Shown here: one piece after another, positions 53,616-64,000 of the stretch
Layout of the letters: every line of letters begins with the position of its first letter
Position numbering within the stretch: the first letter of the stretch is position 1
Assembly (NCBI RefSeq): GCF_056746865.1
Contig: NZ_CM163382.1
Strand: one strand, 5' to 3'
Length of the DNA stretch: 64,000 bases
The notes under the pieces: generated by a model
Told to the model about the DNA's origin: nothing
Database searches by the model: none
The model's input: only the letters and a program-made list of their open reading frames with translations
Position numbers and translations under genes: made by a program

Positions 53616-54505
53616 AAACACTGGTTGTGGCTCTTGGGGGCAACGCCTTACTCCAGCGCGGTGAGGCGCTGACGGCGGAAAATCAATATCGCAATATCGC
53701 CAGTGCTGTACCCGCGCTGGCACGCCTGGCCCGTTCTTATCGGCTGGCGATTGTTCACGGCAACGGGCCGCAGGTGGGGCTGCTGGCATTGCAGAATCTG
53801 GCGTGGAAAGAAGTGGAACCGTATCCGCTGGATGTGCTGGTGGCGGAAAGCCAGGGGATGATTGGCTATATGCTGGCGCAGAGCTTGAGCGCACAGCCGC
53901 AGATGCCGCCTGTCACGACGGTGCTGACGCGCATTGAAGTTTCGCCTGATGATCCGGCATTTTTACAGCCAGAGAAGTTTATCGGTCCGGTTTATCAGCC
54001 AGAAGAACAAAAGGCACTGGAAGCGGCTTACGGCTGGCAGATGAAACGTGATGGTAAATACTTGCGCCGGGTGGTGGCGTCTCCGCAACCGCGTAAAATT
54101 CTCGACAGCGAAGCCATCGAGTTGTTGCTCAAAGAGGGGCATGTGGTGATTTGCAGTGGTGGTGGCGGTGTGCCTGTGACGGACGACGGAGCAGGGAGCG
54201 AAGCAGTGATTGATAAAGATCTCGCCGCTGCGTTGCTCGCCGAGCAGATTAACGCCGATGGGCTGGTGATCCTCACCGATGCTGACGCGGTTTATGAAAA
54301 CTGGGGAACGCCGCAGCAACGCGCCATTCGCCGTGCCACACCGGATGAGTTAGCGCCATTTGCCAAAGCCGATGGTTCGATGGGGCCGAAGGTAACGGCG
54401 GTGAGTGGCTATGTCAGAAGCCGTGGCAAACCTGCGTGGATTGGGGCGTTATCGCGGATTGAAGAGACGCTGGCGGGCGAAGCGGGGACCTGTATTTCGC
54501 TGTAG
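53612..54505 (+). CDS. ybcF: Carbamate kinase-like protein YbcF
   Basis: 297 aa, [29 protein letters not shown]... (amino acid kinase fold); start overlaps the ylbF stop. Confidence 0.85.
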   Translation: MKTLVVALGGNALLQRGEALTAENQYRNIASAVPALARLARSYRLAIVHGNGPQVGLLALQNLAWKEVEPYPLDVLVAESQGMIGYMLAQSLSAQPQMPPVTTVLTRIEVSPDDPAFLQPEKFIGPVYQPEEQKALEAAYGWQMKRDGKYLRRVVASPQPRKILDSEAIELLLKEGHVVICSGGGGVPVTDDGAGSEAVIDKDLAAALLAEQINADGLVILTDADAVYENWGTPQQRAIRRATPDELAPFAKADGSMGPKVTAVSGYVRSRGKPAWIGALSRIEETLAGEAGTCISL

Positions 54506-54630
54506 TCGTAGGCATTAGACATTTGTGCCTGATGCGACGCTTGACGCGTCTTATCAGGCCTACAATGGGTACCGGAGCGTTAAGCCGGATAAGGCGTTCA
54601 CGCCGAATCCGGTAAGAATATGTGCACCAG
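54506..54630. repeat. REP/BIME palindromic repeats between ybcF and purK
   Basis: gcctgatgcgacgcttgacgcgtcttatcaggcctaca and gccggataaggcgttcacgccgaatccggt motifs. Confidence 0.6.
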
Positions 54631-54631
54631 G

Positions 54632-55699
54632 TTAACTGAACTTACTCTGCGCCCAAATCACGCCGCTGGCATACTCTGGCGGCAGCAGCGGGATTAAGGC
54701 TTCCAGCGTCGCGGTCAGACGCGATGTGTCGCTGTCGGTCAAATTCAGATGCCCCACTTTACGGCCCGGACGGACTTCTTTGTCGTACCAGTGCAGATGC
54801 ACCAGCGGCAATTTCAGCCAGTCATAATTCACATCGCTACCAATCAGGTTGATCATCACCGACGGACTATTCACTACCGGTTGCGGTAACGGCAGATCGG
54901 TAATCGCCCGCAGATGCAGCTCAAACTGGCTGATGCTGGCACCGTTTTGTGTCCAGTGACCGCTGTTATGCACACGCGGAGCCAGTTCGTTGATCAGCAG
55001 ACCTTGCGGGGTGACAAAACACTCCATCGCCATCACGCCCACATAGCCCAGCTCCTGCATAATCGCCGACAGCATCTCTTCGGCTTGCGCTTGCTGCTGC
55101 GCATTGGCCTGCGGGAAAGCGACGCTGGTACGCAAAATACCGTCCTGATGCAGGTTATGCGTCAGCGGATAAAACACGGTGCTACCATCAAAGCCGCGCG
55201 CGCCAACCAGCGACACTTCGCCAGAGAAGTTAATGCCCTGCTCGACAATACATTCGCCGTAACACTCTGCCGGTAACTGTTCGGTTTCATCGGCACGTAA
55301 ACGCCATTGACCGCGACCGTCATAGCCACCAGTGCGACGCTTAACAATCGCCAGCTCACCTAAACGATCAAACACCGCAGGCCACTCGCTGCGATCGGCA
55401 AGTAACTGCCACGGTGCGGTCGGCAGGTGGAGCTTATCGAAAAGCTGTTTCTGAGTCAGACGGTCGGCAATAATCGGGAACACATCGCGGTTCACAAAGG
55501 CCGGATGGCGCGCCAGTTCGCGGGTTAATGCGGTTTCCGGCCAGCGTTCGATCTCAGCGGTAATCACGCTTTGTTGAAAAGGCACCGCCGCCGGTTCAGC
55601 GTCCAGTCCGACCGGCCAGACAGCAATGCCTAACGGTTCGCCTGCCTGACGCAGCATACGGCCTAACTGCCCGTTACCGAGGACGCAAACCTGTTTCAT
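54632..55699 (-). CDS. purK: N5-carboxyaminoimidazole ribonucleotide synthase
   Basis: 355 aa, [25 protein letters not shown]... (ATP-grasp). Confidence 0.95.
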   Translation of the reverse strand: MKQVCVLGNGQLGRMLRQAGEPLGIAVWPVGLDAEPAAVPFQQSVITAEIERWPETALTRELARHPAFVNRDVFPIIADRLTQKQLFDKLHLPTAPWQLLADRSEWPAVFDRLGELAIVKRRTGGYDGRGQWRLRADETEQLPAECYGECIVEQGINFSGEVSLVGARGFDGSTVFYPLTHNLHQDGILRTSVAFPQANAQQQAQAEEMLSAIMQELGYVGVMAMECFVTPQGLLINELAPRVHNSGHWTQNGASISQFELHLRAITDLPLPQPVVNSPSVMINLIGSDVNYDWLKLPLVHLHWYDKEVRPGRKVGHLNLTDSDTSRLTATLEALIPLLPPEYASGVIWAQSKFS

Positions 55700-56205
55700 G
55701 CCGCACCTCGCGGGTCCGGGTTTTCCAGCACTTCATCAGTTTGTGCTTTGCGCCAGTCATTCAGACGCTGGTGCAGTTCTTTATCATGAGTCGCAAGAAT
55801 TTGTGCTGCCAGTAATGCCGCGTTTGCCGCGCCAGCTTTACCAATCGCCAGCGTACCCACCGGAATGCCGCGTGGCATTTGTACGATGGAGTAGAGGCTA
55901 TCGACACCGCTCAGTGCGGCGCTCTGTACTGGCACGCCCAGCACCGGCACCAGCGTTTTGGCGGCAATCATACCTGGCAGGTGCGCTGCGCCGCCTGCGC
56001 CCGCAATAATCACCTGATAACCGTTCTCTTCGGCGCTTTCGGCGAAGCTGAACAGTTTATCGGGGGTGCGGTGAGCAGAAACCACTTCAACGTGGTGCGG
56101 GACATTCAGGATTTCGAAGATTTCGGCGGCGAACTGCATGGTAGCCCAGTCGCTTTTGGACCCCATCACGATGGCGACACGCGCCGGATTATTGCGGGAA
56201 GACAT
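55696..56205 (-). CDS. purE: N5-CAIR mutase
   Basis: Start placed at [28 protein letters not shown]...; overlaps the purK start. Confidence 0.95.
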   Translation of the reverse strand: MSSRNNPARVAIVMGSKSDWATMQFAAEIFEILNVPHHVEVVSAHRTPDKLFSFAESAEENGYQVIIAGAGGAAHLPGMIAAKTLVPVLGVPVQSAALSGVDSLYSIVQMPRGIPVGTLAIGKAGAANAALLAAQILATHDKELHQRLNDWRKAQTDEVLENPDPRGAA

Positions 56206-56322
56206 GCGTCTTAAAACTCCTGTGGTGCACAACTCTCGGCTTTAGAGGGCACAGAGAATAGCACGGAAAGAGAGCAAGGAAAACGGTTGCGTGGCTGTGA
56301 AATCAGCAAAGTTGCGGGTTTT

Positions 56323-57045
56323 TTAAAACGGAAAATGAATCAGCTCAACGTCATCCGCCGTGACTTTCACCATTGAACCTTCAGTATGCCAGGCTCCCAG
56401 CACGACGCGGAAAGCAGGTTGCTGATTGGCGATAAGTTCATGTACTGCCGGGCGATGGGTATGCCCGTGAATCAGCCATTGCACCTGATGTTTTTCCATC
56501 GCACTGACTACCGCGTTTTGGTTAACGTCCATGATCGCCAGCGATTTACTGCTGTTGGCTTCTTTGCTGTTCGCTCGCATTCGCGCGGCAATGCGTTTGC
56601 GCACAAACAACGGCAGGGCGAGGAATAGCGTTTGCAGCCAGGGTTTGTGGACTTTGGCGCGAAAAGCCTGATAACCGGCGTCATCGGTGCACAGCGTGTC
56701 GCCATGCATAATCAATACCCGGCGACCATACAGTTCGAGCACCTTTTCTTCCGGCAATAACGTCATGCCGCTTTCACGGGCAAAGCGTTTGCCGAGCAGA
56801 AAATCACGGTTGCCATGAATGAAATAACAGGGAACACCGGAATCGGACACCGCTTTGATCGCTGCCGCCATCTGGCGATGGAGTGGGTTGGGATCGTCGT
56901 CGCCAATCCACGCTTCAAACAGATCGCCAAGAATATACAGCGCGTCGGCCTTGCGGGCTTCCCCCGCTAAAAAACGCAGAAAACCGGCGGTGATCGCCGG
57001 TTCTTCCGCGCAGAGATGAAGATCTGCAATAAAGAGTGTCGCCAC
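56323..57045 (-). CDS. lpxH: UDP-2,3-diacylglucosamine hydrolase
   Basis: 240 aa, [26 protein letters not shown]... (metallophosphatase). Confidence 0.9.
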   Translation of the reverse strand: MATLFIADLHLCAEEPAITAGFLRFLAGEARKADALYILGDLFEAWIGDDDPNPLHRQMAAAIKAVSDSGVPCYFIHGNRDFLLGKRFARESGMTLLPEEKVLELYGRRVLIMHGDTLCTDDAGYQAFRAKVHKPWLQTLFLALPLFVRKRIAARMRANSKEANSSKSLAIMDVNQNAVVSAMEKHQVQWLIHGHTHRPAVHELIANQQPAFRVVLGAWHTEGSMVKVTADDVELIHFPF

Positions 57046-57047
57046 GA

Positions 57048-57542
57048 TTACTCGCTAACGGTCACGCTTTCAATGATAACGTCTTCTTTTGGCACGTCCT
57101 GGTGCATACCGCTACGACCGGTTGCAACACCTTTGATTTTGTCTACCACGTCCATGCCTTCAACCACTTCAGCAAACACGCAGTAGCCCCAACCTTGCAG
57201 GCTTTCGCCAGAGAAGTTCAGGAAGTCGTTATCAACCACGTTGATGAAGAACTGTGCAGTTGCAGAGTGCGGTGCCTGAGTACGGGCCATTGCCAGCGTA
57301 CCACGGGTATTTTTCAGACCGTTGTTGGCTTCGTTTTTGATCGGTTCTTTGGTGGCTTTTTGTTTCATACCCGGTTCAAAACCGCCGCCCTGAATCATAA
57401 AGCCGTTGATAACACGGTGGAAAATGGTGTTGTTGTAAAAACCTTCGCGGCAGTAGTCCAGGAAGTTTTTAACTGTTTCAGGTGCTTTATCGTCAAAAGT
57501 TTTGATGACAATATCGCCGTGATTGGTGTGGAAAGTAACCAT
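57048..57542 (-). CDS. ppiB: Peptidyl-prolyl cis-trans isomerase B (cyclophilin)
   Basis: 164 aa, [44 protein letters not shown]... Confidence 0.95.
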   Translation of the reverse strand: MVTFHTNHGDIVIKTFDDKAPETVKNFLDYCREGFYNNTIFHRVINGFMIQGGGFEPGMKQKATKEPIKNEANNGLKNTRGTLAMARTQAPHSATAQFFINVVDNDFLNFSGESLQGWGYCVFAEVVEGMDVVDKIKGVATGRSGMHQDVPKEDVIIESVTVSE

Positions 57543-57715
57543 TTTTGCATCCTGTTCCGTTTGATTGGTGCTTCAACCCGGTTCGGGTCATATATAGGGT
57601 GGTGTTATAGCATAACCGCACGATCGGATCATCACGCAATGTATGCTGATTCGCGCGGGAAATATGGGTATTATACGCAACTCAATTACCCACACATGTC
57701 TAAACGGAATCTTCG

Positions 57716-59101
57716 ATGCTAAAAATCTTCAATACTCTGACACGCCAAAAAGAGGAATTTAAGCCTATTCACGCCGGGGAAGTCGGCATGTACGTGTGTG
57801 GAATCACCGTTTACGATCTCTGTCATATCGGTCACGGGCGTACCTTTGTTGCCTTTGACGTGGTTGCGCGCTATCTGCGTTTCCTCGGCTATAAGCTGAA
57901 GTATGTGCGCAACATTACTGATATCGACGACAAAATCATCAAACGCGCCAATGAAAATGGCGAAAGCTTTGTGGCGCTGGTGGATCGCATGATCGCCGAA
58001 ATGCACAAAGATTTTGATGCTTTGAACATTCTGCGCCCGGATATGGAGCCGCGCGCGACGCACCATATCGCAGAAATTATTGAACTCACTGAACAACTGA
58101 TCGCCAAAGGTCACGCTTATGTGGCGGACAACGGCGACGTGATGTTTGACGTACCGACCGATCCGACATATGGCGTGCTGTCGCGTCAGGATCTCGACCA
58201 GCTGCAGGCAGGCGCGCGCGTTGACGTGGTCGACGACAAACGCAACCCGATGGATTTCGTTCTGTGGAAGATGTCGAAAGAGGGCGAACCGAGCTGGCCG
58301 TCGCCGTGGGGCCCGGGCCGTCCAGGCTGGCACATTGAATGTTCGGCAATGAACTGCAAGCAGCTGGGGAACCACTTTGATATCCACGGCGGCGGTTCTG
58401 ACCTGATGTTCCCACACCACGAAAACGAAATCGCTCAGTCCACCTGTGCGCATGATGGTCAGTATGTGAACTACTGGATGCACTCCGGGATGGTAATGGT
58501 TGACCGCGAGAAGATGTCCAAATCGCTGGGTAACTTCTTCACCGTGCGCGATGTGCTGAAATACTACGATGCCGAAACCGTGCGTTACTTCCTGATGTCG
58601 GGCCACTATCGCAGCCAGCTGAACTACAGCGAAGAGAACCTGAAGCAGGCGCGTGCGGCGCTGGAGCGTCTCTACACTGCGCTGCGCGGCACCGATAAAA
58701 CCGTTGCGCCTGCGGGTGGCGAAGCGTTTGAAGCGCGCTTTATTGAAGCGATGGACGACGATTTCAACACCCCGGAAGCCTATTCCGTGCTGTTTGATAT
58801 GGCGCGTGAAGTAAACCGTCTGAAAGCAGAAGATATGGCAGCGGCAAACGCGATGGCGTCTCATCTGCGTAAACTTTCCTCCGTATTGGGCCTGCTGGAG
58901 CAAGAACCGGAAGCGTTCCTGCAAAGCGGCGCGCAGGCAGACGACAGCGAAGTGGCTGAGATTGAAGCGTTAATTCAACAGCGTCTGGATGCCCGTAAAG
59001 CGAAAGACTGGGCGGCGGCAGATGCGGCGCGTGACCGTCTTAACGAGATGGGGATCGTGCTGGAAGATGGCCCGCAAGGGACCACCTGGCGTCGTAAGTA
59101 A
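57716..59101 (+). CDS. cysS: Cysteinyl-tRNA synthetase
   Basis: 461 aa; class I motifs HIGH (CHIGHGRT) and KMSKS present. Confidence 0.95.
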   Translation: MLKIFNTLTRQKEEFKPIHAGEVGMYVCGITVYDLCHIGHGRTFVAFDVVARYLRFLGYKLKYVRNITDIDDKIIKRANENGESFVALVDRMIAEMHKDFDALNILRPDMEPRATHHIAEIIELTEQLIAKGHAYVADNGDVMFDVPTDPTYGVLSRQDLDQLQAGARVDVVDDKRNPMDFVLWKMSKEGEPSWPSPWGPGRPGWHIECSAMNCKQLGNHFDIHGGGSDLMFPHHENEIAQSTCAHDGQYVNYWMHSGMVMVDREKMSKSLGNFFTVRDVLKYYDAETVRYFLMSGHYRSQLNYSEENLKQARAALERLYTALRGTDKTVAPAGGEAFEARFIEAMDDDFNTPEAYSVLFDMAREVNRLKAEDMAAANAMASHLRKLSSVLGLLEQEPEAFLQSGAQADDSEVAEIEALIQQRLDARKAKDWAAADAARDRLNEMGIVLEDGPQGTTWRRK

Positions 59102-59111
59102 TTGCGCTATT

Positions 59112-59137
59112 GCCGGATGCGAGTTTTCGCATCCGGT
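59112..59137. terminator. Hairpin between convergent cysS and ybcI
   Basis: ccggatgcg-agtttt-cgcatccgg, a 9-bp stem. Confidence 0.5.
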
Positions 59138-59658
59138 TATCGTCTGCGCCACCACAACATTCCCATCAGTAGCATCCCCGGCAACCACACCCACATCAAT
59201 TCAGAAATAATCACCTGATGCCCGTACGGTGTGCTGTAACGAGACAATGCAAACGGCGCGACTTTAATCACCTGCCAGGGAGCGAAAAAGCGTTCATCTG
59301 ACCACGGCCACAGCCAGCCAACCCCTTTACCGCCAGTGGTTACCGAATCCAGCAAGCTGTGCGATAGCAACGAGACGGTTAAAAACAGCCAGCAGCGAAT
59401 CAGCCCAGCCCTGAACCATCGGCGTCCAATCAGCACACATAACAGCGGGACAACAAACGCAAACACCAGCGAATGGGTAAACCCGCGATGACCAAAAACA
59501 TTGCCGTAAGCAACGCCAAATTTAAACGACAAGACGTCGGCATCGGGCAGCATCGCCAGGATGATTCCGGCAAATAACAGGCGCGGAGGGATGACTTTCG
59601 AACCCAACCCTAAACCAATGCAAAGGGGAACGGCGGCGTGCGTAATAACGGTTGGCAT
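59137..59658 (-). CDS. ybcI: Inner membrane protein YbcI (DUF457, membrane-bound metal-dependent hydrolase family)
   Basis: 173 aa, multiple transmembrane segments, His-rich. Confidence 0.85.
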   Translation of the reverse strand: MPTVITHAAVPLCIGLGLGSKVIPPRLLFAGIILAMLPDADVLSFKFGVAYGNVFGHRGFTHSLVFAFVVPLLCVLIGRRWFRAGLIRCWLFLTVSLLSHSLLDSVTTGGKGVGWLWPWSDERFFAPWQVIKVAPFALSRYSTPYGHQVIISELMWVWLPGMLLMGMLWWRRR

Positions 59659-59765
59659 GATGGTCCCTTCGGCAAAATGTCGATGCTATCAGCATGGATG
59701 AACGGGGCGTAGAGGGCAAAAGTCTGAAAAGAGAACCGGCCTGTTGATACAGGCCGGGGAAGGGA

Positions 59766-59978
59766 TCAGGCAACAACCTGTACGCTGTGACCGGCAAAAC
59801 TCACTGTCTGACCGGCGACGATTTTGCAGCGTTTGCGCGTTTCAACCGCACCGTCGACTTTTACCTGGCCTTCGGCAATCGCGATTTTCGCCTGCGCGCC
59901 GCTTTCGCTCCAGCCTTCCAGTTTCAGCAAGTCGCACAGCTCAACGTGCGGATGTTTACCTAAAGAAAATGTCGCCAT
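59766..59978 (-). CDS. ybcJ: S4-like RNA-binding protein YbcJ
   Basis: Start placed at MATFSLGKHPHVELCDLLKLEGWSESGAQAK... (70 aa), one base from the folD stop. Confidence 0.85.
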   Translation of the reverse strand: MATFSLGKHPHVELCDLLKLEGWSESGAQAKIAIAEGQVKVDGAVETRKRCKIVAGQTVSFAGHSVQVVA

Positions 59979-59979
59979 G

Positions 59980-60846
59980 TTACTCACCCTGTGGATCATG
60001 ATATTCAACGCACGCCTGTAGCGTGTTTTCAATCAGCGTGGCAACCGTCATCGGGCCAACGCCGCCGGGAACAGGCGTAATGTATGAGGCGCGTTTAGCC
60101 GCGTCTTCAAACACGACGTCGCCCACAACTTTGCCATTTTCCAGACGGTTGATGCCGACATCAATCACAATTGCGCCTTCTTTGATCCAGTCACCGGGAA
60201 TAAAGCCTGGCTTACCGACGGCAACGATCAATAGATCGGCATTTTCTACGTGGTGACGCAGATTTTTAGTGAAACGGTGAGTCACGGTGGTGGTGCAACC
60301 TGCCAGTAGCAGTTCCATGCTCATCGGGCGGCCAACGATATTCGATGCGCCAATCACCACGGCGTTGAGGCCGAAGGTATCAATGTTGTAACGCTCAAGC
60401 AGCGTGACAATACCGCGCGGGGTGCAGGGACGCAGACGCGGCGCGCGCTGGCACAGGCGACCGACGTTATAAGGATGGAAACCGTCTACGTCTTTGTCCG
60501 GGTGAATTCGTTCCAGCACTTTGACGTTATCAATACCCGCCGGTAACGGCAGTTGAACCAGAATGCCATCGATGGTGTTGTCGGCATTCAGCGTATCGAT
60601 AAGCTCCAGCAGCTCCGCTTCGCTGGTGGTTTCCGGGAGGTCGTAAGAGCGGGAGACGAACCCGACTTCTTCACAAGCCTTGCGTTTGCTTGCGACATAA
60701 ATTTGCGATGCAGGGTTACTACCCACCAGCACAACGGCCAGTCCTGGTGCCCGCAGTCCGGCTGCAATACGCGCCTGAACTTTTTGAGCAACTTCAGAGC
60801 GCACCTGCTGCGCAATCGTTTTACCGTCAATAATCTTTGCTGCCAT
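59980..60846 (-). CDS. folD: Bifunctional methylenetetrahydrofolate dehydrogenase/cyclohydrolase
   Basis: 288 aa, [42 protein letters not shown]... Confidence 0.95.
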   Translation of the reverse strand: MAAKIIDGKTIAQQVRSEVAQKVQARIAAGLRAPGLAVVLVGSNPASQIYVASKRKACEEVGFVSRSYDLPETTSEAELLELIDTLNADNTIDGILVQLPLPAGIDNVKVLERIHPDKDVDGFHPYNVGRLCQRAPRLRPCTPRGIVTLLERYNIDTFGLNAVVIGASNIVGRPMSMELLLAGCTTTVTHRFTKNLRHHVENADLLIVAVGKPGFIPGDWIKEGAIVIDVGINRLENGKVVGDVVFEDAAKRASYITPVPGGVGPMTVATLIENTLQACVEYHDPQGE

Positions 60847-61316
60847 CAGAGAGAGGATTCCATCTGTTACGTAGGTCGAAGGGGATGCGCCTATTTTGTC
60901 AGAAGCGGGGCGCGCTGTCAGGTTTCGTTTCAGATTTATCGCGTGAAGCGACCTCGTGCGAAGGTGAGGCGCACTGTCGCTGAGATTGAAAGCTTCATTT
61001 TTCGTCCATGATGGCGTTGTAAATCTGGAACTGACTTATTTCCTTGTCAAAGGATTAAGATAATTTAAGAAATACCTGACAATATAAAAAGAATTTTCGG
61101 CCTGGTAATTTACCGCTTCAGGTCTATATTTGTGTTGAATATATTTTGCGCGGAAGTATTCATCTAACGGGGCTCTCTATTTTTTAGAATAGAGTGCATA
61201 TTTTCAATTAAGACATTCTTAGAGGATAAAAAGGAATTTACTACTATCAGTGTCTTAAATAAAGTAATCGGTTATATACGGATGTGGAGTCGATAAATGA
61301 GATTGAAGGAATATAT

Positions 61317-61859
61317 ATGAAATTAAGATTTATTTCGTCTGCGCTGGCCGCCGCACTATTCGCCGCTACGGGTAGTTATGCTGCCGTTGTAGATGGCGGT
61401 ACAATTCACTTTGAAGGCGAACTGGTGAATGCTGCCTGTTCAGTGAATACTGACTCGGCAGACCAGGTTGTCACACTCGGTCAATATCGTACCGATATTT
61501 TCAATGCTGTTGGTAATACCTCTGCATTAATTCCATTCACTATACAGTTGAACGACTGCGATCCTGTCGTTGCCGCTAATGCTGCCGTTGCATTTTCTGG
61601 TCAGGCGGATGCAATCAATGATAATTTATTGGCCATTGCATCCAGTACTAATACAACAACAGCAACGGGTGTCGGTATTGAAATACTTGATAATACATCC
61701 GCAATTCTCAAACCTGATGGGAATAGCTTCTCAACCAACCAGAACTTGATCCCCGGGACCAACGTTCTTCATTTTTCTGCACGTTATAAAGGCACCGGTA
61801 CAAGTGCATCAGCAGGGCAAGCAAATGCTGACGCGACTTTTATTATGAGATACGAATAA
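61317..61859 (+). CDS. sfmA: Type 1-like fimbrial major subunit SfmA
   Basis: Start placed at [23 protein letters not shown] (signal peptide); FimA-like pilin. Confidence 0.85.
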   Translation: MKLRFISSALAAALFAATGSYAAVVDGGTIHFEGELVNAACSVNTDSADQVVTLGQYRTDIFNAVGNTSALIPFTIQLNDCDPVVAANAAVAFSGQADAINDNLLAIASSTNTTTATGVGIEILDNTSAILKPDGNSFSTNQNLIPGTNVLHFSARYKGTGTSASAGQANADATFIMRYE

Positions 61860-62078
61860 TCAAAACCACGTTGTTTTGAATTATATATCACGTCTTATAA
61901 CAAAGTAATGTACCGGTTGTCTGAAGCGGTATGGTGGCAATGTAAATCGAAATCATATTCACTTTGTATCATGCCGCTTTATTAAATGAAAAGGGAATGA
62001 TGTGTTGTAAGAAACCAAAGCAATCATTTCTTTATATTTCTTATTTTTGCCGTCAGGAATACACAAGGCGTATTAACT

Positions 62079-62771
62079 ATGATGACTAAAATAAAGTTAT
62101 TGATGCTCATTATATTTTATTTAATCATTTCGGCCAGCGCTCATGCTGCCGGAGGGATCGCATTAGGTGCCACGCGTATTATTTATCCCGCTGATGCTAA
62201 ACAGACTGCGGTATGGATTAGAAATAGCCATACCAATGAGCGCTTTCTGGTCAATTCATGGATTGAAAACAGCAGCGGTGTAAAAGAAAAGTCATTCATC
62301 ATTACACCGCCACTGTTTGTTAGTGAACCCAAAAGCGAAAATACTTTGCGTATTATTTACACCGGTCCACCGCTGGCGGCAGATCGTGAGTCTCTGTTCT
62401 GGATGAATGTTAAGACGATCCCTTCGGTAGATAAAAATGCATTGAACGGCAGGAATGTTTTGCAACTGGCGATTTTATCGCGCATGAAATTATTTCTCCG
62501 TCCAATTCAATTACAAGAATTACCCGCAGAAGCGCCGTACACACTCAAGTTTTCGCGATCCGGTAACTATATCAATGTTCATAATCCATCACCTTTTTAT
62601 GTCACCCTGGTTAACTTGCAAGTGGGCAGCCAAAAACTGGGGAATGCTATGGCTGCACCCAGAGTTAATTCACAAATTCCCTTACCCTCAGGAGTGCAGG
62701 GAAAGCTGAAATTTCAGACCGTTAATGATTATGGTTCAGTAACCCCGGTCAGAGAAGTGAACTTAAACTAA
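62079..62771 (+). CDS. sfmC: Fimbrial periplasmic chaperone SfmC
   Basis: 230 aa with signal peptide; PapD-like chaperone. Confidence 0.85.
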   Translation: MMTKIKLLMLIIFYLIISASAHAAGGIALGATRIIYPADAKQTAVWIRNSHTNERFLVNSWIENSSGVKEKSFIITPPLFVSEPKSENTLRIIYTGPPLAADRESLFWMNVKTIPSVDKNALNGRNVLQLAILSRMKLFLRPIQLQELPAEAPYTLKFSRSGNYINVHNPSPFYVTLVNLQVGSQKLGNAMAAPRVNSQIPLPSGVQGKLKFQTVNDYGSVTPVREVNLN

Positions 62772-62791
62772 CCGAATCATCTGACAATATC

Positions 62792-64000
62792 AGAGCTAAT
62801 TATGAAAATACCCACTACTACGGATATTCCGCAGAGGTATACCTGGTGTCTGGCCGGAATTTGTTATTCATCTCTTGCCATTTTACCCTCCTTTTTAAGC
62901 TATGCGGAAAGTTATTTCAACCCGGCATTTTTATTAGAGAATGGCACATCCGTTGCTGATTTATCGCGCTTTGAGAGAGGTAATCATCAACCTGCGGGCG
63001 TGTATCGGGTGGATCTCTGGCGTAATGATGAGTTCATTGGTTCACAGGATATCGTATTTGAATCGACGACAGTAAATACAGGTGATAAATCAGGTGGGTT
63101 AATGCCTTGTTTTAATCAGGCACTCCTTGAACGAATTGGCCTTAATAGCAGTGCATTCCCCGAGTTAGCCCAGCAGCAAAATAATAAATGCATTAATTTA
63201 CTGAAAGCTGTACCTGATGCCACAATTAACTTTGATTTTGCAGCGATGCGCCTGAACATCACTATTCCTCAGATAGCGTTGTTGAGTAGCGCTCACGGTT
63301 ACATTCCGCCTGAAGAGTGGGATGAAGGTATTCCTGCTTTACTCCTGAATTATAATTTCACCGGTAACAGAGGTAATGGTAACGATAGCTATTTTTTTAG
63401 TGAGCTCAGCGGGATTAATATTGGCCCGTGGCGTTTACGCAACAATGGTTCCTGGAACTATTTTCGCGGAAATGGATATCATTCAGAACAGTGGAATAAT
63501 ATTGGCACCTGGGTACAGCGCGCCATTATTCCGCTGAAAAGTGAACTGGTAATGGGAGACGGCAATACAGGAAGTGATATTTTCGATGGCGTTGGATTTC
63601 GTGGTGTACGGCTTTATTCTTCCGATAATATGTATCCTGATAGCCAGCAAGGGTTTGCCCCAACGGTACGTGGGATTGCCCGTACGGCGGCCCAGCTAAC
63701 GATTCGGCAAAATGGTTTTATTATCTATCAAAGCTATGTTTCCCCCGGCGCTTTTGAAATTACAGATTTGCACCCGACATCTTCAAATGGCGATCTGGAT
63801 GTCACCATCGACGAGCGCGATGGCAATCAGCAGAATTATACAATTCCGTATTCAACAGTGCCGATTTTACAACGCGAAGGGCGTTTCAAATTTGACCTGA
63901 CGGCGGGCGATTTTCGTAGCGGTAATAGTCAGCAATCATCGCCTTTCTTTTTTCAGGGTACGGCACTCGGCGGTTTACCACAGGAATTTACTGCCTACGG
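62792..64000 (+). CDS. sfmD: Fimbrial usher SfmD, 3' partial (runs off the window)
   Basis: ATG at 62792 gives [48 protein letters not shown]..., a FimD-like usher N-terminus; absent from the ORF track because no stop lies within the window. Confidence 0.8.

Noticed and set aside
57719-58924. 401-aa minus-strand ORF antisense to cysS
   Set aside because: It lies entirely within the well-supported cysS gene on the opposite strand; its product is Arg/His-rich low-complexity, a typical antisense artefact.

Overview
Enterobacterial (Escherichia coli-like) chromosomal window with two accessory insertions flanking cueR, followed by ~40 kb of conserved core genes. (1) Positions 1-20586: the 3' 17.2 kb of a giant repeat adhesin gene (5' end lies upstream of the window), followed by a type I secretion (T1SS) ABC transporter and an HlyD-family adaptor whose stop codon overlaps the cueR start. 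(2) Positions 20994-24183: an AT-rich islet encoding a YadA-like trimeric autotransporter, a lipoprotein, a small membrane protein and a divergent small ORF. (3) Positions 24368-64000: ybbJ-qmcA, fetAB, tesA-ybbO-ybbN, ybbA-ybbP, selU, the allantoin regulon (allS, allA, allR, gcl-hyi-glxR-ybbW-allB-ybbY-glxK, allDCE), fdrA-ylbE-ylbF-ybcF, purEK, lpxH-ppiB, cysS, ybcI, ybcJ-folD and sfmA-sfmC-sfmD (3' truncated). Gene names come from recognising the translated proteins against my memory of E. coli K-12; no database search or computation was run, and coordinates of repeats and hairpins were read by eye. The most interesting content is the T1SS giant adhesin operon coupled to cueR and the adjacent trimeric autotransporter islet.
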